DNA of 64,000 nt, taken from contig OX597826.1 of the NCBI GenBank assembly GCA_951406725.2, positions 67,952,001 to 68,016,000 of the forward strand, written 5' to 3'. The notes beneath the pieces were generated by a model. It did no database searches. It was not told the DNA's origin and worked only from the letters and a program-made list of their open reading frames with translations. Shown here piece after piece: positions 41,598 through 55,990 of this stretch (positions within the stretch are counted from its first letter, which is position 1; each line of letters starts with the position of its first letter). The DNA comes from Octopus vulgaris. Lineage: Eukaryota. The translations under genes were made by a program, and so were the position numbers.

Positions 41598-42764
41598 CTC
41601 ACGGTGAAAAATTACTCGTTTCTGGGCGGAAGACCTTTTCCGTATTGTCAGAGGTGCTCCTTCGCTCAAAGAAAAGAGGGCACTGACCATATATAAGGTC
41701 TCACCTCTCCATACGGCTCATGAACTTATATTATCATTTTTCGAAATTTATTAACCGTTATTCGCCTATGTATGCCAACACTATTTTCCTCGGACTCTCA
41801 ATGTTTTTATATTTTCTCTTTGATATGAAACCAATCGATTACATTCTATACAGCCGCAGACATGATTAAAACATCAAAAAAAAAAAAAGAAAAACTTCTA
41901 AAGATCCGCACAGACCCTATTACAATATCTAGACACAGGCAGTTTAGTACTATTCAACTAATTTCCATTATATGCACAAATAGACAAACGTGGGTGGCAG
42001 AATCGATATAGTAGCGAATAAAATATATTATATTATATAGATATTTCTCTATATGATCTACGTTCAAATCCCCCGAGGATAGCTTGTATCTTTCATCATT
42101 TCAAAATTAATAAATAATGTTGCACTTGTTATCATTCTTTAGCCCCCAGGAGTAGATCCGATAATGCTTGGTGTATGATAAAAAGACATTTTAGCCGTGA
42201 AAATTCAGTTATCCTTTTTGATGGCAAGACTGCATCTCGGATAACATCTATTATTTTATTCCTCCGGTCATGAAATTGTCAAGGTTTCTGGGTTACAATT
42301 TAGTACTTGTCGATGAAGATGTGTCTTTTATTTACGTACACTCTTTGTTTCTGATCCTTCGATCTCTGTGTCTTTTCTCGAAGTGCTGTAAAGTGGAATT
42401 TTAGCGGAATTTTTCTGTGATGTGTAACAGTACGGTAATTCACGTTTATACGAAATTTTAACAAACTTTCAAACACACAGACGCATACACACACATACCC
42501 ACAAGCTTACGAGTTAGTGCGTGTGTGTGTATATGTGTGTGTGTATGTGTGACTATATGTACATACATCCATACATATACATAGAAATGACAAAAGTGAA
42601 TAGACACCCTTATAATCGTTGAAATGTATTTAAATCTGAAATTATACATTCAAATTATTTAAATTATACATTCATTATTTAAATTATACATTCATTATTT
42701 AAATTTAATTTAAATTAGTATTTAAATTATACATTCAAATTATTAATTATTAGAATGTAAATAT

Positions 42765-43258
42765 TTAATATTTACTAGACATGCCCTTTGCATTTTTCAA
42801 TGCAAGGACCCTGCTAGGCATACTACTGATGAAATGACGAATATTCTCTTGAAGAATTTCTTGCCAAATTTCATGGAGTGATCTCAATGTATATGGCTTT
42901 GAGGGTGCTTTCTTTTTCTTTTCGTGAAGTATTCTGTCCATTATATCCTAGAGGTGTCCAATAGAGTTCATATCTGGTGATTTACTTGTCCATGGAAGCT
43001 TTTTAATATTTCTCTTTTCCAATCCTGATTCTTTTCAGCCATGTAACAAGGAACCACATCTTCCATAAATAAAGCGTCATCTTGAATCATTTCACCCCTG
43101 GAAAAGATTGGAAGGCGTCCCTTCTGCAATGTGGGCACATATTTATCTGAGTTTGTTTCCTTCACACTCACTAGCTCTGGTCGACCATTCTTCCAAGTTT
43201 TTTCCCGGACATCACGGAATAGGTGCTGTGTTTCATTGTTGGCTGCAATTTTTTTCAC
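42765..43258 (-). pseudogene. Decayed Tc1-type (DD34E-like) transposase C-terminal half
   Basis: LFMEDVVPCYMAE, frameshift, then PWTSKSPDMNSIGHL*DIM..EIWQEILQENIRHFISSMPSRVLALKNAKGMSSKY*, matching the Tc1 WPxxSPDLNPIE and SMPxR..AKG..TKY motifs. Confidence 0.9.
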
Positions 43259-43279
43259 GGGTAAGTTTATATGTACGAT

Positions 43280-43312
<33 letters not shown>

Positions 43313-43385
43313 GTGAATGTATGTATGTATGTATGTATGTATCTACGTATCCTCATATATGTTTCTGTGTGTGTGTGTGTTATGT

Positions 43386-43929
43386 CTGGTCACTTTCGAG
43401 TGCTACTGGTAACATGTAACCCAGTACAACCTGTTGCCTTGTCGGGTCGTCGGCGACTAAACCGGAAACCCCACCAAGCTTGCTTGGTGAGGAGGGTGTT
43501 TATTGAATAACCTGCGGGATGAAAAACAAAACCCGTCAAAGGGCGGAGGAACTCTTGAGAGTTAACGGCCATCCAATAAATGTTTTAGGGCTGTATCATG
43601 CGCGGGGACATAGAAATAATCGGACTGAATACCCGATCGCGCGGTTAAACCATTGAGAGTGAAGGACTCCTAGTCTTTGTTAGGGCATCCTTCTAGGAGA
43701 AGGTAACTCAGGTAACTGGGATAACTCCGATATAAAACCTGCGGCTCGGTGGTTAGCGATGATGTTGACTTGTTCTTTTCGGATTATGGCTACTGTTGCT
43801 TAGCGAGTGCGATTGACTCAGTGCACGGCCTTTCCTCACTTTAAAAAAACTTGCACAGGCATTGCACGATAACAACATGGATTAAGCTTCGTGCAATGGC
43901 CATACTCGATAACGAAGGGGCAGCCACTA
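43386..43929 (+). mobile_element. Non-autonomous RTE-like retroposon (structured 5' end, (ATGT)n tail)
   Basis: GC-elevated 545-bp insert in microsatellite; GGCATCCTTCTAGGAGAAGGTAACTC resembles the motif in RTE-clade 5' UTRs; no ORF. Confidence 0.6.
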
Positions 43930-45148
43930 TGTATGTATGTGTGTATGTTTGTATGTATGTATGTATGTAGGTATGTATGTATGTATGTATGTATGTATGT
44001 ATGTATGTATGTATGTATGTATGTAGGCATGCATGTATGCATGCGTAAATTAATTTTCTTCAGTTGATTAATAGCAGCACATATATACTCTTTCGGTATT
44101 CAGAAGTTTCTGTGAAATTATGAGCAGACATATTCTTATTTTCTGAAGGGAACAATTCATGACATCAACCTCGGAGTATTTCACCCGTTTTTACTAGTAT
44201 TTATTTATACACGAAAGAGGTTACTTTGCCGGTATTTATATTCAGCATGTCAGGATGTGTAAATACACCCAGGTCTTTTTCGTTTTGGGCTCTAACATAC
44301 CCAACACGCATGTAGAAATAAACAATATAATACCACGTTTATTACAGCATCTAAATGAAGGCAGCGATGAGTAACTATCATCTAAATGTTCACCCTTTAC
44401 GTTTGGCCATTTGCCTTGACCACTGGCAGCATGAACAGAAGCCGACATCGAGCCGTTGAGAAATTCCTGAATATAGAACGGCAATTTATTCACCATTTCT
44501 ATTTGCTTGTTAAAATATTCTATTAAATTCGCCAAATACAAAGTTTACATCTTAATTATGTACGCCCAGAAGGAGAAAAAGAATATTTAATTATGATACT
44601 CGATATACGTTCCTCTCGTTTTATTTAGAATGAGACATTATCACTCTCCGAACACACTTCCGGTAGTAACATCCTAATTGATGTCGCCAATATAATTACA
44701 CTTAAGTTTGAGTCATTCAAGCTATCTGCCAGCAGTGATTGCTGTAATTGTGTCTTCGTTTGATGCTATGAAGCAACAATTTTACAATAAAGTAATTAGA
44801 AAGTTATTATAAAAACCCTTTATTGTACCTGTGTATTATGAAACAAAATAATGATTTTAAAATGGTTTTTGTATCTCCCCTTACATCTCTTTCCCTCGCA
44901 GCTCTCTGTCTTTGACTGTCTCTTTCTAGCTTTCTCCTTCTCTCACACTTTCGATCTCTTTCTATCTTTCTCTTCCTATCTCTTTCTCTTTCTATCTTTT
45001 TCTCTCTCTCCTTCTCTGTATCTTTTTTCTGATAGAACAATAACACGCAAAACCATATCACAAGCAATTATGCAAATCTGTCTATCTATAGCTTTCTCAC
45101 TCCTCATATACACATATATATATATGTTCGTGCGTACGTGTGTGTATG

Positions 45149-45204
<56 letters not shown>

Positions 45205-45205
45205 C

Positions 45206-45237
<32 letters not shown>

Positions 45238-45242
45238 GTATG

Positions 45243-45311
<69 letters not shown>

Positions 45312-45997
45312 ATTTCTTCGTTTAATTTTCAGGCTCAGATGCTTCTTGATTTATCATTTTAATATCGCGGGGCCGATTTTGACCTTGCTGGTCGAAGCAG
45401 TTAGCACCATAGGTGGCGTCATCATCATCATCACCTCCATCATTCTTGCTTCTCAAAATTTCCAGCCAATTACACGATTCATTTTCCCGTTAGAATTACG
45501 TTCCATGAATAAATGAATGCTAACCGTAAAGTATTCGTCTCCACACTCACTACTACGAACACAAGTGTTTTCATCACAACTTCGCTGCCGCTGCCACAGT
45601 CCTCGGAGTTGTCAGCATCCTCGACATCTTCATCACCATTATCCTAACACTATTTAATCATATTACAGAGACATAAGATTACATAAATTCGTTGCTCCTC
45701 AAAGTACAATATTTTTCAGTTAAGTTATGAATTGCGAAATTGTGACATTACAATAATGAATTCTAGACCATTTTCGCTGAACAACATCAAAACAGATACC
45801 TACTTCGGACTAAACGATCGCCTGATCTACAAGAAACATCAAACAAGACCCACTCTGCAATCATTGTTTGTACTATGGACGACATGGCCTGGAATGTGCA
45901 GGGAGGGCTAGTCGAGTATGCTACCCCCTGTACTACTAGACTGGTATAACTTATCATCGACTTGTAAAGCCTTTCAAAGAAGGCGCTTTCGATATTT

Positions 45998-46777
45998 TCT
46001 TATTTCTTTACTGCCCACAAAGGGCTACACACAGAGGGAACAAATAAAGACAGACAAACGGATTAAGTCGAGTATATCGACCCCAGTGCGTAACTTGTAC
46101 TTATTTCATCGACCCCGAAAGGATGAAAGGCAAAGTCGACCTCGGCGGAATTTGAACTGAGAACGTAAAGACAGACGATATACCTATTTCTTTACTAACC
46201 ACCAGGGGCTAAACACGGAGAGGACAAACAAGGACAGACAAACGGGTTAAGTCGATTACATCGACCCCAGTGCGTAACTGGTACTTTTTTATTCGACCCC
46301 GAAAGCAAAGTCGACCTTGGCAGAATTTGAACTCAGAACGTAGCGGCAGACGAAATAACTATTTCTTTACTACCCACAAGGGGCTAAACACGGAGAGGAC
46401 AAACAAGGACAGACAAATGGATTAAGTCGATTATATCGACCCCAGTGCGTAACTGGTACTTATTTAATCGACCCCCGAAAGGATGAAAAGCAAAGTCGAC
46501 CTCGGCAGAATCTGAACTCAGAACGTAGCGGCAGACGAAATAACTATTTCTTTATTACCCACAAGGGGCTAAACATAGAGGAGACAAACAAGGACAGACA
46601 TAGATATTAAGTCGATTATATCGACCCCAGTGCGTAACTGGTACTTATTTCATCGACCCCGAAAGGATGAAAGGCAAAGTCGACCTCGGCAGAATTTGAA
46701 CTCAGAACGTAGCGGCAGACGAAATACCGCTAAGGATTTCGCCCGGCGTGCTAACGTTTCTGCCAGCTCGCCGACTT
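45998..46777 (-). mobile_element. Tandem array of SINE B, four units plus one head
   Basis: Unit starts TATTTCTTTA near 46001, 46184, 46360 and 46545; head CGGCGAGCTGGCAGAAACGTTAGCACGCCGGGC on the minus strand at 46740-46773. Confidence 0.95.
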
Positions 46778-47601
46778 AAATATTTTCTAACACACAAGAC
46801 GTTGCAACACCATTTTATTTTACTGAAACAGGCTCGTCTTAAGACGTAAACATCAGTGAAATTTGATGAAACATCTTTGTAAACACGTTGCAGAACGTTC
46901 TTGGAAACATATATACTGCTGTGTTCTCATTTAATATTAATAGAAACTCGACTTGACAATCTGAGTTCTCCAATATTTTTTTTCATAGTTATTTAAAATA
47001 CGATAATTATTGCATAATTACTATTATTTCTCATTAAGCTTTGATTCATTAATCAGTGAATTGTTTCCAGTGATATTCGAAATGGAAGAAATATCTAAGA
47101 TGTACAGAAAATATCGAGGACAGTGATAAAAAAATTTAAAAGAATATTTGTTAGTTTATAGAACATTTTTTTTTTCTTTTGTGTGTGCAAATACGTTTAC
47201 GCTAGAGACTGAATAATCTCCCTTGTAAACCTGTATGAACCTACCATTCGTATGTTTTATGAGTTTAAGCATAAACAGCGATAGCAAGACTAACACACTG
47301 CACCATGATCATCATCAATGTCATCGTCATCGTCATCATAATCATCATCACCACTACCACCATCACCTCTACCACCACCACCACCACCACCACCATCACA
47401 CACCCCACCAACAACACCATCGAGGCCCCCCCATCATCATCATCGTCATCATCATTTATTTGATTCCTGAGTTCTGCTGAAGTTCTGAGTTCAAGTTCTT
47501 TCGGGGCCGATACATTAAGTACCAGTGAAACACTGAGGTCGATGTAGTCGACTAGTCTCCTACCAACAAATTTTTTAGGTCTTGTGCCTTCAGTAGAAAG
47601 G

Positions 47602-47602
<1 letters not shown>

Positions 47603-47655
<53 letters not shown>

Positions 47656-47666
47656 GTTATTATTTT

Positions 47667-47760
<94 letters not shown>

Positions 47761-48058
47761 GGTTCGGTCTTATTCTTGATATGATTTATGTGGCTTGCGG
47801 GTTACTACCTGCAACTTTAGTTATCCACTAGCTTTCAGCAATCTTTCAGATGCTTAGAACCCTCCTGATATTCTTTGATGTCTCTAAGAGACAAACTCTT
47901 TGTAGGAGATCTACTGAGTGTTCTAATTCAATCTCGTTCAGCCATTTCTCTATATATTTGCTTACTGTTCCCAACACATCAATTATTATTGGCACGACCT
48001 TTACATTTCTAATACTCCAAATTCTTTCTATTTCACAATTTTAAAGGATTGTATTTTT
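47603..48058 (-). mobile_element. Dong/R4 LINE 3' end with (TAA)n tail
   Basis: Minus strand EIERIWSIRNVKVVPIIIDVLGTVSKYIEKWLNEIELEHSVDLLQRVCLLETSKNIRRVLSI*, about 85-nt UTR, then (TAA)n at 47760 to 47603. Confidence 0.9.
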
Positions 48059-48077
48059 GTTTGCGTCTCGTCCTCTT

Positions 48078-48680
48078 TAGGGCGCCGGGCTAAATGCCTA
48101 GCCGTCGCTACGTTCTAAGTTCAAATTTCGCCGAGGTCAACTTTGCCTTTCATCCTTTCGTGGTCCAGAAATTAAGTACAAGTTGCGTACTGGAGTCGAG
48201 CTAATGGACTGACACCCTCCCCCAAAATTTCGGGCCTTGTGCCTAGAGTAGAAAAGAATGTTAATTTCTTTGTTTTAAGGCGGGAAGCTGGCAGAAATGT
48301 TAGCACGCCGGGCGAAATGCATAGCGGTATTTCGTTTGCCGCTACGTTCTAAGTTAAAATTCCGCTCAGGTCGACTTTGCCTTTCATCCTTTCGGGGTCG
48401 ATAAATTAAATACCAGTTACGCACTGTGGCCGATATAATCGACTTAATCCGTTTGTCTGTCCTTGTTTGTCCTCTCTGTGTTCAGCCCCTTGTGGGTAGT
48501 AAAAAAATAGTTATTTAGTCCAACTTTACGTTCTGAGTTCAAATTCCACAAAGGTCGTTTGTGCCCTTCATCCTTTTGAGGTTGACAAGTACCAGTTACG
48601 TCCTGGGGTCGATCTAATCGACTGGCCCCCATCCCTAAAAGTTTCTGGACTTGTGCATAGAGTAGTAAGGAAAAGAATAG
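48078..48680 (+). mobile_element. Three consecutive SINE B units
   Basis: Cores at about 48110, 48345 and 48530; the last is headless and joined at AAATAGTTATTT. Confidence 0.9.
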
Positions 48681-50264
48681 CTTTGTAACCACACAGCCAT
48701 AACAACGCATATAACGGACCTATCTATTCAGCCCTTTTTTGAAAAGGAAAAGACTTTATAAGTATAAATAACTTTTAAACTATTGATATGTAGGGATTTG
48801 CAAGCTTGCAGTTTGAGTTTTTATGTTTCGCGTTAGGCCATAGTTGTGATTCTTCTATTTATGGGTGGGGGCGAGGAATGCTGGTTCGTGTCGTCTTCAT
48901 TCTTGGAATTAACGGGGCATCCAATCACTAAAGTAGATCTTGACTGCAGTCGTGAAACATTGGCCATAAAATCAGGAGACATTGCAACACCATCTCCACT
49001 TGTAATCCATGAATATCTATTGTCTTGGTGCCATGTATATGCAAATGTATAACTTTTGGCATTTTTCACTTAATGTTGCGTCAGTTATATATCAATGAAA
49101 ATATAGCATTGTTTGTCGAAAAATAGTTTAATATGCACTCAATCTCACACACATACACACAGACACATATACACATAACTATGTATGTAATGTATGTATG
49201 TATGTATGTATGTATGTATGTATGTATGTATGTATCTATCTATCTATCTATCTGTCTATCTATCTGTCTCTGTCTCTCTCTCTCTGTGTCTCTCTCTCTC
49301 TCTGAAAATATATAAATATATATATATTGAACGACGTCGCCACACAGTTTATCGAAAGTGTAAATATTAGGAATAAGATGTTTCAACATGGCTTCTGCAC
49401 ATAAACATTACGTCGGTTAATCCATGTTTGTTTCGTGTCTCTTGCAATCGACTCATAAAAATATATTATGTAAAAACAATAAAAGAAAATCATATAAATT
49501 TAAGCAGCATAAATCACTACCACGGAAAATGATATTTCCAAAGGAGGAGGTAAGTAAAATGAACTTTGAAATTCACCGACGTTAAACATTCCATTGTTAT
49601 TTGTCTAAGTCGAGTAATTCTTTTACCTTTAGCCAGAGATGTGATAGTGGATTTGACATTTAATTCTGTAGTTTGTGAGAATATAGACTCATTGATAGAA
49701 ATGATGTACATTTTCAGAGTTCTTTCAGAATTCAACATAGTATTGTGAATTATTCTTCACTTTGGTGTTTCCAGTTTATATTATTGAAATACGTTTTCCA
49801 GTGTGTGAAAATTGGAGAGCCAATATTTTTTAAAACTCTGACCGATAATAACATATTGGTTTGAAATTTTCGTACAAGGACAGCAGTTTCAGGGATGAGA
49901 GCAAGTTGATCTGGAAAGGATGAAAGGCAAATCGATCTTGGCGGGATTTGAACTCAGAACGTACAGACGCTTGTCATCTTGTCTCTTGTCAGGCGTGCTA
50001 ATGATTCTTCTAGATCATCGCTTTGGTTCATGATTTAATATTATATGTGGGTTACCTCTGCCCTGCCTCCTGCAAGAAAAGGAGTATAGTCTAGTTTCAT
50101 CTTGAATCTTACGATAACATCATGATCATAATTCCCTTTGGAATGAAATGAAATTTGAACGAAAATTCAAATAAGGACCTGTGATGCATGAGCTGCATAA
50201 ATTTCATAATCGTACAATATGTATTGCCTCTTGTTTATTTTGCTTGCTATAATCATCACGCACG

Positions 50265-50648
50265 TATACATACATACATAAATATATACATACATACATA
50301 CATACATGCAGACATACATACATACATACATACATACATACATACATACATACATACATACATACATACATGCATGCAGACATACATACATACATACATG
50401 CATGCATGCATGCATACATATATACATACAGACATACATACATGCATACATACATGCATGCAGACATGCATACATACATACATAGATACATACATACATA
50501 CATACATACATACGTACGTACGTACATACATACATACATACACACGTACATACATACATACATACATACATACACACACACATACATACATACATACATA
50601 CATACATACATACATACATACATACATACATACGTACATACATACATA
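50265..50648. repeat. (TACA)n microsatellite
   Basis: Direct inspection. Confidence 0.97.
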
Positions 50649-50959
50649 GAAAACACTGCATAACTTAATCTTCGGAAATTAGGCTTATCAAGACCAGAAA
50701 AGAGAAAAGTGATTCAAAGACTACGAATCCAAGCCATCACTGAAACAATAATGATCGGTAAAACTTCCCAGATGTTTCTCCTTTATGTATGTATGTGCAT
50801 GTCTAGATATGCAACTTTTTGCATGAGAAGACATACATAAAACGATGCATACAAATCTGTACGTAAACATACATGCGTACCTGCATACATACATTGGCAA
50901 TTAGTAGAAATTTACAACAGTCTTTTGTACGGTTCTGTATATATATATATATATATATA

Positions 50960-51328
50960 AGTCTTCTTTTACTTGAATAATTATTTAATAAGATTTCTAA
51001 ACGATGAACTTCTATTTTATTTACATGATATATATTATATATTTTTATATACCTATATATTTTTATATATTACTTTATATTATATTTTTACTTTCTAGGT
51101 TTTCTTTTAAAAAAATGTATTTTTCTGAATCGCTAAAATATTAACTCTAAACTGTGATGAAAAAAATTTTTTTCTCGTACCTTATTATTATTATATGCTT
51201 GTATGCTTGTACAGAGGAATTATGTTCCATCTTGCGGGATGTTTATATGTATATTCTATGATTAAATGTTCGAATTATGAAATGATATGCGGATGACCTT
51301 GCCTTTGTTTGTTCAATAACTTTAGTTT

Positions 51329-51335
<7 letters not shown>
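50960..51335. repeat. AT-rich dispersed repeat, copy 2, (TA)n on both sides
   Basis: Reverse complement aligns to 8355-8775. Confidence 0.85.
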
Positions 51336-51400
<65 letters not shown>

Positions 51401-51631
51401 TGCCGTATAGTCATAAGTTATACAGATGTATATGTGGGTTTTTCCAGTTCCTGTTTGCCAAATTCACTCACATGTTTGTGCTAGGACCCGAGTTATGATA
51501 AAAGTCACGTGCACCATGGCCCTTGCTGTGGGACAGAACGCAAAACCAACTGATTGCAAATCAAACTTCTTTACAGCAGCGAATGTATAGGTTGTATATG
51601 GGTTTGATTTATGTCACAATGTATGTATATG

Positions 51632-51678
<47 letters not shown>

Positions 51679-52412
51679 TATATATATATATATAGTTACG
51701 TACCTAAGTATATGCTTGTATATATAAATATGTACATACACACACACACATATATATATATATACGTACATGCACACACTCTTACATATATATATATATG
51801 TGTGTGTGTGTGGGTATGCAAACACATACACGTACACTTACATATGCACACGCATACACACACGCGTTTATCAATGCATACATATGCAGAAGTACATTCC
51901 CTATTGTGTAAATATAAGTTATGAACCGCTTCAGAAATATTATTATTAACAGAACAAAAAAGATGCAAAATAGAAACCACCTCAAACACCATTTTGAAAA
52001 TACATATATATCAACAAACTTTACAAGAAAGAAAAAAAAAACGACAAAAAAAAAAAAAAAACAAAAACAAAACCCCTTCAGAATAACATAGTAATAAAAC
52101 ATAATAAAAGGAAATAAAGCAAGCAAAGTAAACTATGAGTAACCATAACCGACCCCCACCTCTTCCCCCTAACCATTCCTTGACTCACCCGACAGCCAAA
52201 GGAAATATAACTTAAAGATTAAAGGGCCGGTGGTCGGAATAATCTTTTCAGAAATTACAATGAACAAGGAGAAAGACTTATGTATTGCTATCTCATCGAT
52301 CATCGAAATATAAAAACCCAATTTATCTCACAAATGTTAAGAATAATGCTTGTCACAAGTGATATTGTTGTGCAGTCAAATATAAAGACGCCAGTTCAAT
52401 GTCTATTATTAC

Positions 52413-52474
<62 letters not shown>

Positions 52475-52548
52475 GGAGCATAAGCAGTAGTAGTAGTAAT
52501 AGCAGCAGCAGCAGTGGCAGCAGTGGCAGCAGCATCAGAAGAAGCAGA

Positions 52549-52603
<55 letters not shown>

Positions 52604-52618
52604 TGATTATTGTTATTG

Positions 52619-52827
52619 AGGTGGCGAACTGGCTTCATCGTTAGCCCGCCGGGCGAAATGCTTAGCGGTATTTCGGCCGTCGCTACGTCCTCAGTTCAAA
52701 TTCCATCGAGATCGACTTAGCCTCTCATCCTTTTGGGGTTGATTAAATAAGAACCAATTAAACACTGGGGTCGACATAGTCCACTTAATCCCCTCACCTA
52801 AGCTGCCCTAGTGGTAAAAATTTAAAA

Positions 52828-52903
<76 letters not shown>

Positions 52904-53132
52904 CATTATTATTATTAAGGGGCGAGCTGGCAGAATCGTTAGCACGTCGGACACACTGTTTAGCGGTATTTCGTCTGCCGCTACCTCCTGAATTCAAAAT
53001 CCACCATGTCCGCCTTTGCCTTTCATCCTTTCGGGGCCGATAAAATTAGTACCAGTTACGCACTGGAGACGATGTAGTTGACTTATTCCCTTCTCCCAAA
53101 TTTGAAGCCTTGTGCTTATACTAGAAAGGATT
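52619..53132 (+). mobile_element. Two SINE B copies separated by (TTA)n
   Basis: Heads at 52619 and 52918. Confidence 0.9.
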
Positions 53133-53139
53133 ATAATTA

Positions 53140-53985
53140 TAATTACTTATTTTCTTTGCACAGCTTCTACAGATGGTGATGTACTACGGTGCCAGCTGCT
53201 CACTCCCAGTGAACTAAGGTAACACCCCTTATTTTTCCAGCACTATCCGGAGTATTTGAGCGGTTCCAAGCAGTGCTGTTATCTAGAAGTTCTCCACCCA
53301 TAATGCAGCCCCTATTTGTTCTATGTACTTTTCAAGATATTACTCACTGTTCCCAAGGCTCCAACAATTATTGATACTGCCTCCACCTTTTTCAGTCACA
53401 ACTGCTTAATATCCCAAGCTAACTTCAGATATCTATCGAGTTTTCTTTCTTCCTTATCGCATACCTTGTTGTCAGATGCGCATGTTATATCTATGATCCA
53501 CCATCGTTGCTTTCTTTCTCATTTAATGTTATGGTTGGTTTCTTATTCTCTGTCTCATGGTTGCACTGAATCATAAAATCCCATAGTATCTTTACATTAT
53601 CATTTTGGATGATGCCTTCGGGTTTTTTTTTTCGTGCCAATTTTTTCTCTGTCAAGTCCATACTTGTTGCAAAGTGTCCAATGGACAGTCCTTGCTTTAC
53701 TGTCATGACGTCTCTTATATTCTTTCTGGGCTACTGGCGTACATTGACTAGTAATATGCCGTACGGTTTCATAATTTTGTCTACAAATTCTGGAATTATC
53801 ACTTTCTGATTTCATGTCTATTCTGTATTTGATGTAATTTATTCTTAACGCTTGCTCTTGGGCAGCACAGATTAGAACCTCCATTTCCTGTTTTAAATCA
53901 CATTTAGTCATCCATAGCCATCTTTTTTATATGTCTGTCTTATCGTCCCTATGAACTTGTCCATACATTCTTTTCTTTACCCGCC
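53140..53985 (-). mobile_element. Dong/R4 LINE C-terminal region (decayed)
   Basis: RMYGQVHR..WLWMTKCDLKQEMEVLICAAQEQALRINYIKYRID..RICRQNYETVRHITSQCTPVAQKEYKRRHD..KILWDFMIQCNHETENKKP..TALLGTAQILRIVLEK*. Confidence 0.93.
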
Positions 53986-55990
53986 TATTTTCTCTCTCAT
54001 ATCTAACTCAATTTTCCTTAGGTGTCTACACTGTTTAGTTTCTCTTTTTCATTGTCTATTTTATCCAAAACAATCTCATTATTATATACAGGCGCGATGT
54101 CTAGAAATATCATTACCTTTCAATTGGAGTTATTTCCAAGTCATGTTGGTTTGGATTTTGTATTAGCTTGCACATTCTAATCATTCCCACAACACATTGT
54201 TATAGCGATATACGTCTTTTTTCACTCTCCACATTAAATTTATGCCATCTCTGTTTCCAGCAACCTTATATTTGAAACATTTCCCCTTGTCTGAAACACC
54301 CATTATCATCTTTTGCAACTGATATTTCGATTAAGATGCATACTTGAAAACAATCTCTCATTGATAAGCTATGATTTCCTCTCTGATAAGCTATAATTTC
54401 CCTCACTCTGTGTATTAAGGTATCCCAACATACTATACCTCTCTTATTTTTTATACTCTTTACTCTCTTTTTGCTTGTTGCAGTCATTTGACTGTGGCCA
54501 TGCTGGAGCACCGCCTTTAGTCGAGCTAATCGACCCCAGGAATTGTTTTTTGTAACACTAGTACTTATTCTGTCGGTCTTTTTTGCCGAACCGCTAAGTT
54601 ACGGGGAGGTAAACACACTAGCATCGGTTGTCAAGCGATGTTGGGGGGACAAACACAGACACACAAACATATACACACACGTACATGTATATATATGCAT
54701 ATATATGACGGGCTTCCTTCAGTTTCCGTCTACCAAATCCACTCACAAGGCTTTGGTCGGCCCGAGGCTATAGTAAAAGACACTTGCCCAAGGTACCACT
54801 CAGTGGGACTGAATCCGGAACCATGCGGTTCGTAAGCAAGCTACTTACCACACAGCCTATGCCATTCTCTGATATAGAAATCGTTTGTCGTGTATGACTA
54901 CACCAAAAGTGAAAACTATCAACTTTTTTCTTATTACTGTTTCATAACACAGGTATTTCATGATAATGAAACTAATTTCCAGTGTACCTCTGCTCTAACT
55001 CTACATTTCTTTACATATATGCTTTCTTAAATAAAAACTGGGCGGCCAAAATGTATACGGTTTAAAGTTTCTGTCCTAGTTTTTCAAATTCTTCAGCTGT
55101 TGAATGAACTTTTCCTCCATTATATTATTTTCTTGATTTCTAGTGGACAGCTTTGACCCGAACTACAATCAAGTATCCTTCAGTAACAGCTTTCTCGGTC
55201 TTCTCTGCTCATGTGAATTTTGTTTTTCTATTCATTCAGCTTTTTCAGACAGAGAATTGCTTTGACATTGACTGAGTATAGATTCTGCAGCCAAAATTTT
55301 AGTTTCATGTTTTGTTATTTACACGTATCACAATTTCTGTGGTTTCTAGCTTTCTTCTATAACTGTCTTCTCCACATTTTTATTTACATACTTTTTAATT
55401 TGTTGTCGTCCCATTTTTTCTATCATTTTCCATTATTCTTTACTCTAAACTTCCAAAACCATAGAGTGGATATTTCATATTAGTTTTCTAGTTGGCTATG
55501 AACATGTTGCATCTGTATTCGTGAAAATACAATCTTTGCATATCAAATATATTTTTGTTGTATACTACAATCATTATTTTTCATGCTTTTTGTCTTATTT
55601 TCTAAATTTTTTGAGCTTTCAATTGAAAACCAGATCACTAAATTTTATTACCGAGTCAACTATATTGTTGATATCTATTCCTCATTTTTGTATTTAGTCC
55701 TGCTTCAAGTTGCATTCAAATATTTCTATAATATCCCTTCGTAACATATTATTGTCCTTTGAAACTTTTCAACCATTTCAACCATTGATCTCTCAGTATT
55801 TGTTTGTATGGGTCTGTCATTATTCTTTGATCTCATTTCCTTAATTTAATATGATGTTATGTTCTTAATTAATTTCCTTCGGCACATATTTACCTTTGAG
55901 CTATTTTTGCTTGAATTTCATATAAATTTATTTCCATTATGGAACTGCGTTCATATAAATTTATTTCCATTTATGGGTGCAGAGTGAGAA
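53986..55990 (-). mobile_element. Possible heavily decayed 5' portion of the same Dong element, interrupted by SINE A
   Basis: Same strand skew (A/G-rich on minus) and faint motifs such as FRQGEMFQ; no clean frame. Confidence 0.3.
54455..54862 (-). mobile_element. SINE family A
   Basis: Close match to the reverse complement of 29364-29782. Confidence 0.93.

Noticed and set aside
41616-41655. Further hammerhead-like motif (minus strand CTGACAA...GAAACGAGTA)
   Set aside because: Core G8 is mutated and stems I and II do not pair convincingly.
42779-43266. Plus-strand exon ending at CGG|GTAAGT
   Set aside because: The sequence is the antisense of a Tc1 transposase relic.
48833-49069. Overlapping ORFs on both strands in unique DNA
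   Set aside because: Mirror frames, no recognisable domain, no convincing splice-site pair.
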